A stretch of DNA of 64,000 bases from Thermoanaerobaculia bacterium (GTDB taxonomy: Bacteria > Acidobacteriota > Thermoanaerobaculia > UBA5066), in NCBI GenBank assembly GCA_038245905.1, contig JBBRRY010000013.1, positions 7,876-71,875 on the forward strand, written 5' to 3'. The position numbers and the translations under genes are program-made. The notes under the pieces were generated by a model. The model was not told where the DNA came from. It saw only the letters and a list, made by a program, of their open reading frames with translations, and made no database searches. Of this stretch, positions 27,616-35,190 are shown piece by piece (within the stretch, counting starts at the first letter, position 1; every line of letters begins with the position of its first letter).

Positions 27616-28554
27616 GTGGCGGGACGTGCCGCGTCGTCCGCCCTCTTCGTGACGCGCCACCGCGGCCTCAGGGAGCAGCTCAGGCGGCTCCAACGCGCGG
27701 TCGACTCGGCCAACACGGTTCTCCTCCTCGGAGCGCCTGGCACGGGGAAGGACCGGCTCGCGCGCCTCCTGCACGAGCGCTCGACGCGCGCCGGAGAGCC
27801 TTTCGTGCGCGTGGATCTCGCGGCCGTATCGGACGATCTCTTCGAGAGCGAGCTCTTCGGGCACGAGCGCGGCGCGTTCACGGGCGCCGTCTCGGGCAAG
27901 CCCGGCCTCCTCGAAGGCGCCGGCGAGGGCACGCTCTACCTCGACCGGGTCGACGCGCTGTCGCTCCGGGCCCAGGGAAAGCTCCTTCGCGTCGTCGAGG
28001 AGCGTCTCGTGCGTCGCGTCGGAGGCACCCGTCTCCTGCCGCTCAAGGCGCGCCTCGTGGCCTCGGCCGGTCCCGACCTGCCGCGTCAGGCGCGCGCGGG
28101 GACGTTCCGGGAGGATCTCTACTACCGGCTCGCGGTCGTCACGGTGAGCCTGCCTCCGCTGGTCGAGCGCCGCGAGGACCTTCTTTCCGCGGCGCGTTCT
28201 CTCGCGAAAGCCGGCGGCGGCCCGGCCGTGTTCACGGCGGCCGCACGGCGCGTGATCCTGGGGCACGCCTGGCGCGGCAACTTCCGCGAACTCGAGAACG
28301 TCGTTCGAAGAGCCGCGAACGAAGCGCTCGCGGACAGGGCTGGCGCGATCGACGCCGCGCACCTGAAGCTCGCCGGTCCGTCGGACCCCGAGGCGCTTCT
28401 TCACGCGGCCGCGCACGCGCGCTGGTCGCTCCGGCAGCTCACGGGCGCCTACATCTCCCTCATCCTGGACGAGGCGGGTGGAAACGTGGCGGAGGCGGCG
28501 CGCCGCCTCGGGGTGGCCCGCAAGACGCTCTACGCGCGACGGACGCGCTCGTGA
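27616..28554 (+). CDS. sigma54-interacting AAA+ activator lacking any N-terminal sensor/receiver domain (PspF-like architecture) with a Fis-type HTH
   Basis: Walker A LLGAPGTGKDRLA, GAFTGA loop (ERGAFTGAV), Walker B/R-finger region, and a C-terminal HTH …GNVAEAARRLGVARKTLYARR. The GTG start at 27616 leaves only ~30 aa ahead of the AAA core. Confidence 0.75.
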   Translation: MAGRAASSALFVTRHRGLREQLRRLQRAVDSANTVLLLGAPGTGKDRLARLLHERSTRAGEPFVRVDLAAVSDDLFESELFGHERGAFTGAVSGKPGLLEGAGEGTLYLDRVDALSLRAQGKLLRVVEERLVRRVGGTRLLPLKARLVASAGPDLPRQARAGTFREDLYYRLAVVTVSLPPLVERREDLLSAARSLAKAGGGPAVFTAAARRVILGHAWRGNFRELENVVRRAANEALADRAGAIDAAHLKLAGPSDPEALLHAAAHARWSLRQLTGAYISLILDEAGGNVAEAARRLGVARKTLYARRTRS

Positions 28555-29021
28555 GAATCCGGTTTCTCTTCGTCGGTAAGAGCGACGAGGCCGAATACGC
28601 CCGGGGGATCGAGCGCTACGTCGCGCGGATCGGCCGCTTCGCCGCGTGCGACGTCGTCGTCGTCAAGGACGAAAAGCCGGGCCCGAAACCCGACGCCGCC
28701 CGCATTCGCGCAAAGGAGGCGGAGCGCATCCTCGCGGCTCTTTCGCCGCGCGATCTCCTCGTGCTCGTAGACGAGAAGGGCAAGGAGAAAACGAGCGCGG
28801 AATTCGCGGTCGACCTCCGCTCCTGGCTCGACGCGTCTCCCTCGGCGGTGGTCTTCGCCGTGGGCGGGGCGTTCGGTCTGGACCCCGTCTTGCGCCCTCG
28901 GGCGCGTGCTATCCTCCCGCTTTCCCGGATGACCCTGCCTCATCAGCTGGCTCGGTTGTTCCTGACGGAACAGGTTTACCGGGCGACCGCGGCGCATTCC
29001 GGCGTCGCCTATTCCAAGTGA
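28551..29021 (+). CDS. rlmH: 23S rRNA (pseudouridine1915-N3)-methyltransferase RlmH
   Basis: SPOUT RlmH motifs (…IRFLFVGK…, …LLVLVDEKGKE…S.EFA…, …VFAVGGAFGL…), GTG start overlapping the previous stop. Confidence 0.8.
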   Translation: MRIRFLFVGKSDEAEYARGIERYVARIGRFAACDVVVVKDEKPGPKPDAARIRAKEAERILAALSPRDLLVLVDEKGKEKTSAEFAVDLRSWLDASPSAVVFAVGGAFGLDPVLRPRARAILPLSRMTLPHQLARLFLTEQVYRATAAHSGVAYSK

Positions 29022-29041
29022 CCTCGAGGGAGACGACCAGC

Positions 29042-29431
29042 ATGTCACCTAAAGCCGCCGCGATGCCCTCCAAGTCCCTGAAGAAGGAAGCCGGCGACAA
29101 GGTCAGGAAGCGTCTCCTCGCCAAGCGCGACGAGCTCGTTCAGGATCTCGCGAAGAACCGTCAAGTCTCCGACGAGACGATTGAAGAGTCGGCGCAGGAC
29201 ATGGCCGACCGCGCGACGTCCGCTTACACGAAAGAGTTTGCGTATTCGCTCTCCGAGAGCGAACGCAAGATCCTGCTTCTCATCGAGGAAGCGCTCGGGC
29301 GGCTCGAGACCGGGACCTATGGGACCTGCGTTCACTGCTCCCAGGTCGTCCAGGAGAAGCGTATCGAGGCGGTTCCCTGGGCGCGCCACTGCCTGGACTG
29401 CCAGGAACTTCAGGACAAGGGGCTGCTCTAG
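29042..29431 (+). CDS. DksA/TraR-family C4 zinc-finger protein
   Basis: A coiled-coil region then CVHCSQVV…CLDC (CxxC-x17-CxxC), 129 aa. Confidence 0.7.
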   Translation: MSPKAAAMPSKSLKKEAGDKVRKRLLAKRDELVQDLAKNRQVSDETIEESAQDMADRATSAYTKEFAYSLSESERKILLLIEEALGRLETGTYGTCVHCSQVVQEKRIEAVPWARHCLDCQELQDKGLL

Positions 29432-29457
29432 CCCCCTCTCCCGCATAGTATTGAAAG

Positions 29458-30903
29458 GTGACACGTCCCGATCCCTTCGCGGCTCTCGCGCCGCTCCTCG
29501 CGTCGGCGCGGACGACGCCTCTCCACCCGATCCTCTTCCTGTCCGGAGACGACGACTGGATCGTGGTCGAGGGCGCGCGCCGCGTGACGGCGGCATTCCA
29601 GGAAGCCTTCCCGGAGGGAGAGGTCTCGACGTACGAGGCGACGGGCGAAGGCGTGAAGGAAGCCGTGGCGGACGCCGCCACCGTCGCGCTCTTCTCGACG
29701 AACCGGCTCGTGGTTCTCGAAGCGACGGAGCTGTTCCGCGGCAAGGGCCTCACGGCGGAAGAGGTCGATGCGCTCCTCGACGAAGCCGACGAGGCGCGGG
29801 ACGACGCGCGCGTCCGCGCGCGCCTCGCGCGTAAGGCGCACGCGCTCGCCGGGGCGGCCGGCGTCGCCGTCGGCGACGATCCCGAAGACGCCGCGCGCCG
29901 AATCGCCGGCCGGGTGAAGAGGGCGGATCGGGCCGGGGAGCTTGCCGCGCTTCTCGCCCTCCTCCCCGCGCCGGAGGAAGGCGCCGAGACGGCGCTCGAC
30001 CGGCTCCTGGACTTCGCCGTGCGCGCGGGCGCGTCCGACAACGTCCTTCTCGTTCATGCGATCACGCCCGACGCGCAGCACCGCGCGACACAGGGCCTGA
30101 GACGCGCGGCGCGTACCGCGGACCTGTCGGTGCCCGACGAACCCGCGCGGCGCGCGCGCCTCGCCGCGCTCGGTCTCGAACGGGCCATCGATCGCAAGGC
30201 GCTCGTCGAGTCCGAGGTCTTCGAGCTTCTCTCGGGCCGGGGCCGGCTCGCCGCGCGGCCCTTTCTCTCGGACCTCGACCGCCTCATCGACTCCGCTGCC
30301 GGGCCGCGCGTGACCGCCGAAGAGGCCGCGCGACAGGTCGCCGACGAGAGCCGCGAATACGGATCGGACTTCGTCGAGGCCGTCGCGAAGCGCGACCTTG
30401 GAGAGGCGCTGCGCCTCCTCGCGAAGCTCCTCTCGGGAGCCAGCTTCACGGCGTTCCGCCCGTGGGGCGGCAAGGAGGACACGCCCTCGGCGAAGAAGGG
30501 GCCGCGCGGCGAGGCCGCGTTTTTCCCGCTCCTCGGCCTCCTCGCGGCCGAGATCAGGAGGATGCTCGCGCTGCGCGCGGCCCTGGACGAACGGGCGACG
30601 CCTTCCTCTTCGTCTCAAGCGCCGCGCCGCGCGGATTACCGCGGATTCGTGGATCGCATTCTCCCGGTTCTGAAGGCCGTCCGCCCCGGTTTCCCGCCGC
30701 TGCCTCTCGACGCCCACCCGTTCGTTCTCCACAAGGCCTACCTCGCGGCCCTCGGCTGGACGGCGGACGACCTCAAGGGCGCGCTCATGGGGCTGGAGGC
30801 GATCGACCGGGGCGTGAAGAGCGGGGCGGGCACGGGCCCCGAGCTTCTCGAGACCTGGCTTCTCTCCCAGCTCCACTCTCTCGGGCGGACGGCGACAGGC
30901 TAA
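29458..30903 (+). CDS. holA: probable DNA polymerase III delta subunit (HolA-like), extended form
   Basis: N-terminus …PILFLSGDDDWIVVEGARRV…ATVALFSTNRLVVLEATELF… matches the delta N-terminal domain pattern. It sits in the holA-nadD-rsfS-rlmH neighbourhood conserved in proteobacteria. The length of 481 aa is longer than canonical. Confidence 0.5.
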   Translation: MTRPDPFAALAPLLASARTTPLHPILFLSGDDDWIVVEGARRVTAAFQEAFPEGEVSTYEATGEGVKEAVADAATVALFSTNRLVVLEATELFRGKGLTAEEVDALLDEADEARDDARVRARLARKAHALAGAAGVAVGDDPEDAARRIAGRVKRADRAGELAALLALLPAPEEGAETALDRLLDFAVRAGASDNVLLVHAITPDAQHRATQGLRRAARTADLSVPDEPARRARLAALGLERAIDRKALVESEVFELLSGRGRLAARPFLSDLDRLIDSAAGPRVTAEEAARQVADESREYGSDFVEAVAKRDLGEALRLLAKLLSGASFTAFRPWGGKEDTPSAKKGPRGEAAFFPLLGLLAAEIRRMLALRAALDERATPSSSSQAPRRADYRGFVDRILPVLKAVRPGFPPLPLDAHPFVLHKAYLAALGWTADDLKGALMGLEAIDRGVKSGAGTGPELLETWLLSQLHSLGRTATG

Positions 30904-30913
30904 GATCTCCTTC

Positions 30914-33900
30914 TTGGTGAGCGAGCCGACCGGCGACCCGCGCGTGCGCTTCGACCGCCGCGACCGCATTTTCATCGTCCTCTGCCTGCTCACGATCGTG
31001 GGCGGCGCCCTCGTCTTCCGGGCCGGGTTTTCGAGAGCCTTTCCGGAGGCGTCGATCGACTTCAAGGTCACGCGCGAGGAAGCCATTCGCCGTGGCGCCG
31101 AGGCGCTTCGCGCGCGCGGCTTCTCGCTCGACGGCGCCCGCGCTCTCGCGATCTTCGACGGCGACGACGAGGCGAAGGTCTATCTCGAGCGGACTCTCGG
31201 CCTCGAGAAGGCGAACCCGGTCTTCAGGGCGACGGTTCCCGTCTGGCGCTGGTCGGTGCGATGGGTCCGCCCGCTCGAGAAGCTCGAATACCGGGCGGCG
31301 GTCTCTCCGGACGGACGGCTCCTCGCCATCCGCAGGATCCTGCCGGAAAAGGAGGCCGCACCCGATCCGGGCGAGGCAACGGCGCGCTCCCTGGCGGAGG
31401 CGGAGATCCGGGAGCTGCGCGGGATCGACCCGTCGACGCTTCGATTCATCGAGACGACGGTCGAGAAGCGCCCCGCGCGCGTCGACCGCACATTCATCTG
31501 GGAGTCGAACACGATCCGATTCGGGGATGCCGCTCTTCGCTACCTCGTCGAGATGCAGGGGGACCGCGTCGGGCGCTCGTCGCTCCACTTCGAGGTCCCG
31601 GAGAAATGGCGTCGCGACTACGAGACGCTCCGCTCGAAGAACCTCGCGGCGGGCACGGTCGCCACGCTGGGCCTTCTCCTCACGGCGCTCGCCGTCCTCG
31701 TCGTCTTCCTCCAGCGCGTCCGCCGCAAGGACGTGAAGTGGAAGTGGGCGCTCGCGTTCGGGGGGACGGGAGCGCTTCTGCAGCTCCTCGCGTCGCTCAA
31801 CGAGATGCCGATCCGTCTGTTCGACTACGAGACCTCGGACGGCTGGGCGGGGTTCGTCGCGAAGTCGGTGGCGGGCGACGTGGGCGCCGCCGTGAGCCTC
31901 GGCGTGGTGCTGCTCCTTCTCGTCGCGGCGGGCGAGCCGCTCTACCGGGAGCGCTATCCGGACAAGCCGGCGCTCGGCCGCATCCTGTCTCTCCGCGGAA
32001 TCGCTTCGAAGCGCTTCTTCCGAGGGCTCCTCCTCGGATACGCGATGACGGCATTCTTCTTCGCGTACCAGATCATCTTCTACATCGTGGCCGCGCACTT
32101 CGACGCGTGGGCTCCCGCCGACGTGCCGTACTCGAACCTGCTCGGCACCTCGTTCCCGTGGCTCGGCGTCCTCCTGATGGGGTTCGTGCCCGCGACGACC
32201 GAGGAGTTCTCGTCGCGGATGTTCTCGATCTCCTTCGCGGAGCGGTTCGTGCCGCGATGGGCCGCGGTCGTGGTGCCGGCGCTCATCTGGGGCTTCGCGC
32301 ACAGCACGTATCCGAACCAGCCTTTCTACATCCGAGGCGTCGAGGTGGGGTTCGCGGGAATCCTCATCGGCTTCGTGATGCTGAAGGCGGACATCTTCCC
32401 GCTCCTCGTGTGGCACTTCACGGTCGACGCCGTCTACACGGCGCTCCTTCTCCTGCGCTCGTCGGATCCGTACTTCGTCGTGTCCGGCGCCGCTGCGTCT
32501 CTCGTGCTCCTGCTTCCGCTCGCCGTGTCGCTCGCACTCTATTTCCGCCGCGGCGGATTTACGCCCGACGGGGAATTCACGAACGCGACGGTCGGTACCG
32601 CACTGGCGCCTCCGCACGTCGAGGAGGCCGTCCCTTCGGGTTGCGCGCCGCCGAGCGCGCTGAGCCCCGTGCGCGTGTGTTCCGCTCTCGCGCTCGCACT
32701 CCTTGCGTTCCTCGCGGCGCGATTCGTTCTGCCGCGGACAGGGCCATGGGAAGACGTGAGGGTCGCGGTCGACCGGAATGGAGCGAAGGCCGCCGCGGAC
32801 GCCTGGCTGAGGACGGCGGGCGACGACCCCGCGGGCTACCTGTCGGTGGCGACGACGGCCACTGCGCTCCCGGCCCTCGAGGACCCCTCCGACACGGGCG
32901 CGGGCCTCGTCCCGTATGGCGAATCCGATCTCGCGGAGCGTTGGCTGCTCGAACGGGGCGGCATGCCGCTCTTCACGAAGTGGGCGACGGCAATCTTTCC
33001 GGGGCCGGTCTGGAACGTCCGCTACGTGCGCGCGCTCGATGAGCACGGCGCGAACGTCGCGGTGGACGGGCGGACGGGCCGCGTCGTCGGCTTCCGCCGC
33101 TCCTTCCCGGAGGCCGAGGCCGGCGCGAGCCCCGACGAGCCGGCGGCTCGCGCGAAGGCGTCGACGGTCCTTTCCTCGTTCGGCTTCGGCCCGCTCACCT
33201 GGGATGTCGTGTCGTCGAAGAGCGAGGCGCGCAAGGCTCGAAAAGACACGCTCGTCGTCTCCGAGTCGCGTCTCGAGCACGCCGGCGAAGCGGTGAGACG
33301 CGCCGTCACCGGGTTCGCGGGCGACGTTCCGTCGCTCTTCGCCACGGCCCTGAAGCTGCCGGAGGACTGGGTGCGCTCCCGGGACAAGTCGACGGGCGCG
33401 ACGTATGCCGCCATCGCGTGGAAGATCCTCGCGTGGGGAACCCTCGTGGGGCTTCTCGTCGTCGAGCTCATTCGTCTCGCGCGCGCCGGGTCGATTCCGT
33501 GGCGGAACTCTCTCAGGCTCGCGGCGCTTCTCGCGCTGCCGGCGATTCTCTCCCGCTTCCTCTCGCTCCCTCTCATCCTCGCGCGCTACGACTCGCAGTT
33601 CTCGATGCCGGTCTTCGCGGTCGTCGCGGGAGTCGGTCTGCTCGTGGGCGTGCTCGTCTCCTACGGCATCGCCCTCCTCGCGGTGGCCCTCGTCCTCGCC
33701 GTAAAGTCCGACGCGGCCGGCGCGTTCCGGCGCGGGGGCGCGGACGGCCCCTGGGCCCTCGCCGCGGGCGCGGGCGCGACCGTTCTCGTCCTCGGCGTGC
33801 GCGCACTCGCGCATGGTGTCTCGGCGGCGTTCCCTCTCGAGGCAGGCGTCCCGGGCTTCTCGTTTCCGCAGGGAGTCGAGACGATCCTGCCCGCTGCCAT

Positions 33901-34327
33901 CGTGCTCGACGGCATCGTCCTTCGCGTCCTTCTCTTCGGGGGCGCCGCCGCCTTCCTCGCGCTTCTCCTCCGCGACGTCTTGAAGAAGCCGGCCCTTCGC
34001 GTGGGTCTTCTTGCGCTCGCCGTCGGCGTCTTCGCGCCGTTCGGCGCTCGGACGGCCGGCGAGCTCGCGGTGCCTGTCTTCGCGGGCGCGCTGACCGCGC
34101 TCGCCGCGGTCGCGGCGATCACCGTGTTCCTGCGCGACGACCCGCGCGCATACGTTTTCGCGGCGGCGCTCCTCGCGGCGGCCGGAGCAGGCGCCGACCT
34201 CGTGTCGAGTGGCGTGACGCCGTGGGTGTGGAACGGCGTCATCGTGCTCGCGGTCGTGGCAGTCTTCGTCGCCCGCTTCGGTTTCGACCGGCCCCGGCCG
34301 GAAGCGCCCGCCCTGCCGGTGACCTAG
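30914..34327 (+). CDS. giant polytopic membrane protein: CPBP (CAAX/Abi) intramembrane protease core plus two PepSY-like soluble modules and a C-terminal TM bundle
   Basis: CPBP motifs EEFSSRMF, FAHST and HFTVDAVY lie on consecutive TM helices. Soluble segments at about aa 40-230 and 600-800 share a PepSY-like end motif (VWRWSVRWVRPLEKLEYRAAVSPDGRLLAIRRILPE versus VWNVRYVRALDEHGANVAVDGRTGRVVGFRRSFPE). There are more than 20 hydrophobic helices overall. The opposite-strand 1190-aa ORF is R-rich junk. Confidence 0.65.
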   Translation: MVSEPTGDPRVRFDRRDRIFIVLCLLTIVGGALVFRAGFSRAFPEASIDFKVTREEAIRRGAEALRARGFSLDGARALAIFDGDDEAKVYLERTLGLEKANPVFRATVPVWRWSVRWVRPLEKLEYRAAVSPDGRLLAIRRILPEKEAAPDPGEATARSLAEAEIRELRGIDPSTLRFIETTVEKRPARVDRTFIWESNTIRFGDAALRYLVEMQGDRVGRSSLHFEVPEKWRRDYETLRSKNLAAGTVATLGLLLTALAVLVVFLQRVRRKDVKWKWALAFGGTGALLQLLASLNEMPIRLFDYETSDGWAGFVAKSVAGDVGAAVSLGVVLLLLVAAGEPLYRERYPDKPALGRILSLRGIASKRFFRGLLLGYAMTAFFFAYQIIFYIVAAHFDAWAPADVPYSNLLGTSFPWLGVLLMGFVPATTEEFSSRMFSISFAERFVPRWAAVVVPALIWGFAHSTYPNQPFYIRGVEVGFAGILIGFVMLKADIFPLLVWHFTVDAVYTALLLLRSSDPYFVVSGAAASLVLLLPLAVSLALYFRRGGFTPDGEFTNATVGTALAPPHVEEAVPSGCAPPSALSPVRVCSALALALLAFLAARFVLPRTGPWEDVRVAVDRNGAKAAADAWLRTAGDDPAGYLSVATTATALPALEDPSDTGAGLVPYGESDLAERWLLERGGMPLFTKWATAIFPGPVWNVRYVRALDEHGANVAVDGRTGRVVGFRRSFPEAEAGASPDEPAARAKASTVLSSFGFGPLTWDVVSSKSEARKARKDTLVVSESRLEHAGEAVRRAVTGFAGDVPSLFATALKLPEDWVRSRDKSTGATYAAIAWKILAWGTLVGLLVVELIRLARAGSIPWRNSLRLAALLALPAILSRFLSLPLILARYDSQFSMPVFAVVAGVGLLVGVLVSYGIALLAVALVLAVKSDAAGAFRRGGADGPWALAAGAGATVLVLGVRALAHGVSAAFPLEAGVPGFSFPQGVETILPAAIVLDGIVLRVLLFGGAAAFLALLLRDVLKKPALRVGLLALAVGVFAPFGARTAGELAVPVFAGALTALAAVAAITVFLRDDPRAYVFAAALLAAAGAGADLVSSGVTPWVWNGVIVLAVVAVFVARFGFDRPRPEAPALPVT

Positions 34328-35190
34328 CCCCGCACTCCGGCCTTCCGCCACTCCCACTCGGCGAGGCGTTCGCGTGCGCCGAGGCCGATCGCGCGGTGCA
34401 GGTCGACGAGGAGGCGCGACGCTTCGGGGTCCTTGAAGGGCGGCGGCCCGAGGCGTGTGAGCACGGCCTCCGGATGATCCGGGGGCGCATAGGACCCGCG
34501 GAGCGCGGCGACCGGCTCGCCCGGACGGTAGAAGAGCTCGGGTCTCTCGAGGACGTGCCGGGGGAGCGACTCCGGCGGGTCAGTCGTGTCGCGGGGCGCG
34601 GCCGGGTCGGGTGCGTCGGGCACGGACCTGCGTTCGGGACGGGTGCGCGCGCGCTGCAGGCCCGCGAGGAGCTCTTCTCGGGGAACGCCACGGAGCAGGA
34701 ACACGAGGAACGGGTCGTCCTGGAGGCGGTCGCCGAGCAGGACGGCGAGGGCGCCGGCATGCGCACACGGCCCTGGAACCTCCGCGCACGAGCACCGGAA
34801 GACGACATCGTCAGCGTCGACCGGAAGGAGCGTGCGCCCGGTGCCCTGGAAGGCGCCCTCCACGTCTTCGGGCAGGCGGCCCGCGAGGAGATCGGCGGCG
34901 AATCGCGCCCGCGCGGCCATCGCCTTCAGGACACGGCGCTTGGCGATGGTCGCGAGCGAGTGCAGGGAAAGCGACGTCTCTTCGACGTGGCCGTCCGTTG
35001 CCTTGACGTCCGCGCGCGCGCCGGCGCGCCCGATCTCGAGCGACGTGACGGCGCCCGAGAGGGCGATCGCGCGCCCGTCCTGGAGCGCCTCCTCCCAGCC
35101 GAGCGCGGCGAGGCGCGCGAGGAAGCGGAAGGCCCACCCGCTCTCGGGCGGCTTCGCGCGGGGGAGAAGTGTCTTTCGGCGGCGCGGCAT
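34324..35190 (-). CDS. SWIM zinc-finger domain protein
   Basis: CxCx(n)CxH SWIM signature (…VVFRCSCAEVPGPCAHAGALA…). ATG at 35190, giving 288 aa; the upstream ORF extension is in-frame junk overlapping the SNF2 gene. Its start overlaps the SNF2 stop (TGATG). Confidence 0.7.
   Translation of the reverse strand: MPRRRKTLLPRAKPPESGWAFRFLARLAALGWEEALQDGRAIALSGAVTSLEIGRAGARADVKATDGHVEETSLSLHSLATIAKRRVLKAMAARARFAADLLAGRLPEDVEGAFQGTGRTLLPVDADDVVFRCSCAEVPGPCAHAGALAVLLGDRLQDDPFLVFLLRGVPREELLAGLQRARTRPERRSVPDAPDPAAPRDTTDPPESLPRHVLERPELFYRPGEPVAALRGSYAPPDHPEAVLTRLGPPPFKDPEASRLLVDLHRAIGLGARERLAEWEWRKAGVRG

Noticed and set aside
26120-29021. The 495-aa ORF 26120..27607 and the 543-aa ORF 27390..29021 on the plus strand
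   Set aside because: Only their 3' ends are real (rsfS from 27290 and rlmH from 28551). The upstream parts are R/S-rich out-of-frame read-through of nadD and the sigma54 activator.
30785-34357. A 1190-aa minus-strand ORF, and similar very long ORFs at 33418..35895 (+), 36427..38961 (-), 36645..38681 (+), 2318..4123 (-), 6577..8142 (-), 8424..9962 (-), 11782..13164 (-), 13251..14687 (-), 14680..16086 (+), 16452..18359 (+), 16603..18192 (-), 19952..21655 (-), 22804..24396 (-), 25120..26403 (-), 41687..43513 (+), 44303..45601 (+)
   Set aside because: Their translations are dominated by Arg/Ala/Gly/Pro/Asp with no motifs, no TM or signal logic, and no start context. They lie antisense or out-of-frame to CDSs that have clear family signatures. 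Long stop-free frames are expected by chance at ~70% GC.
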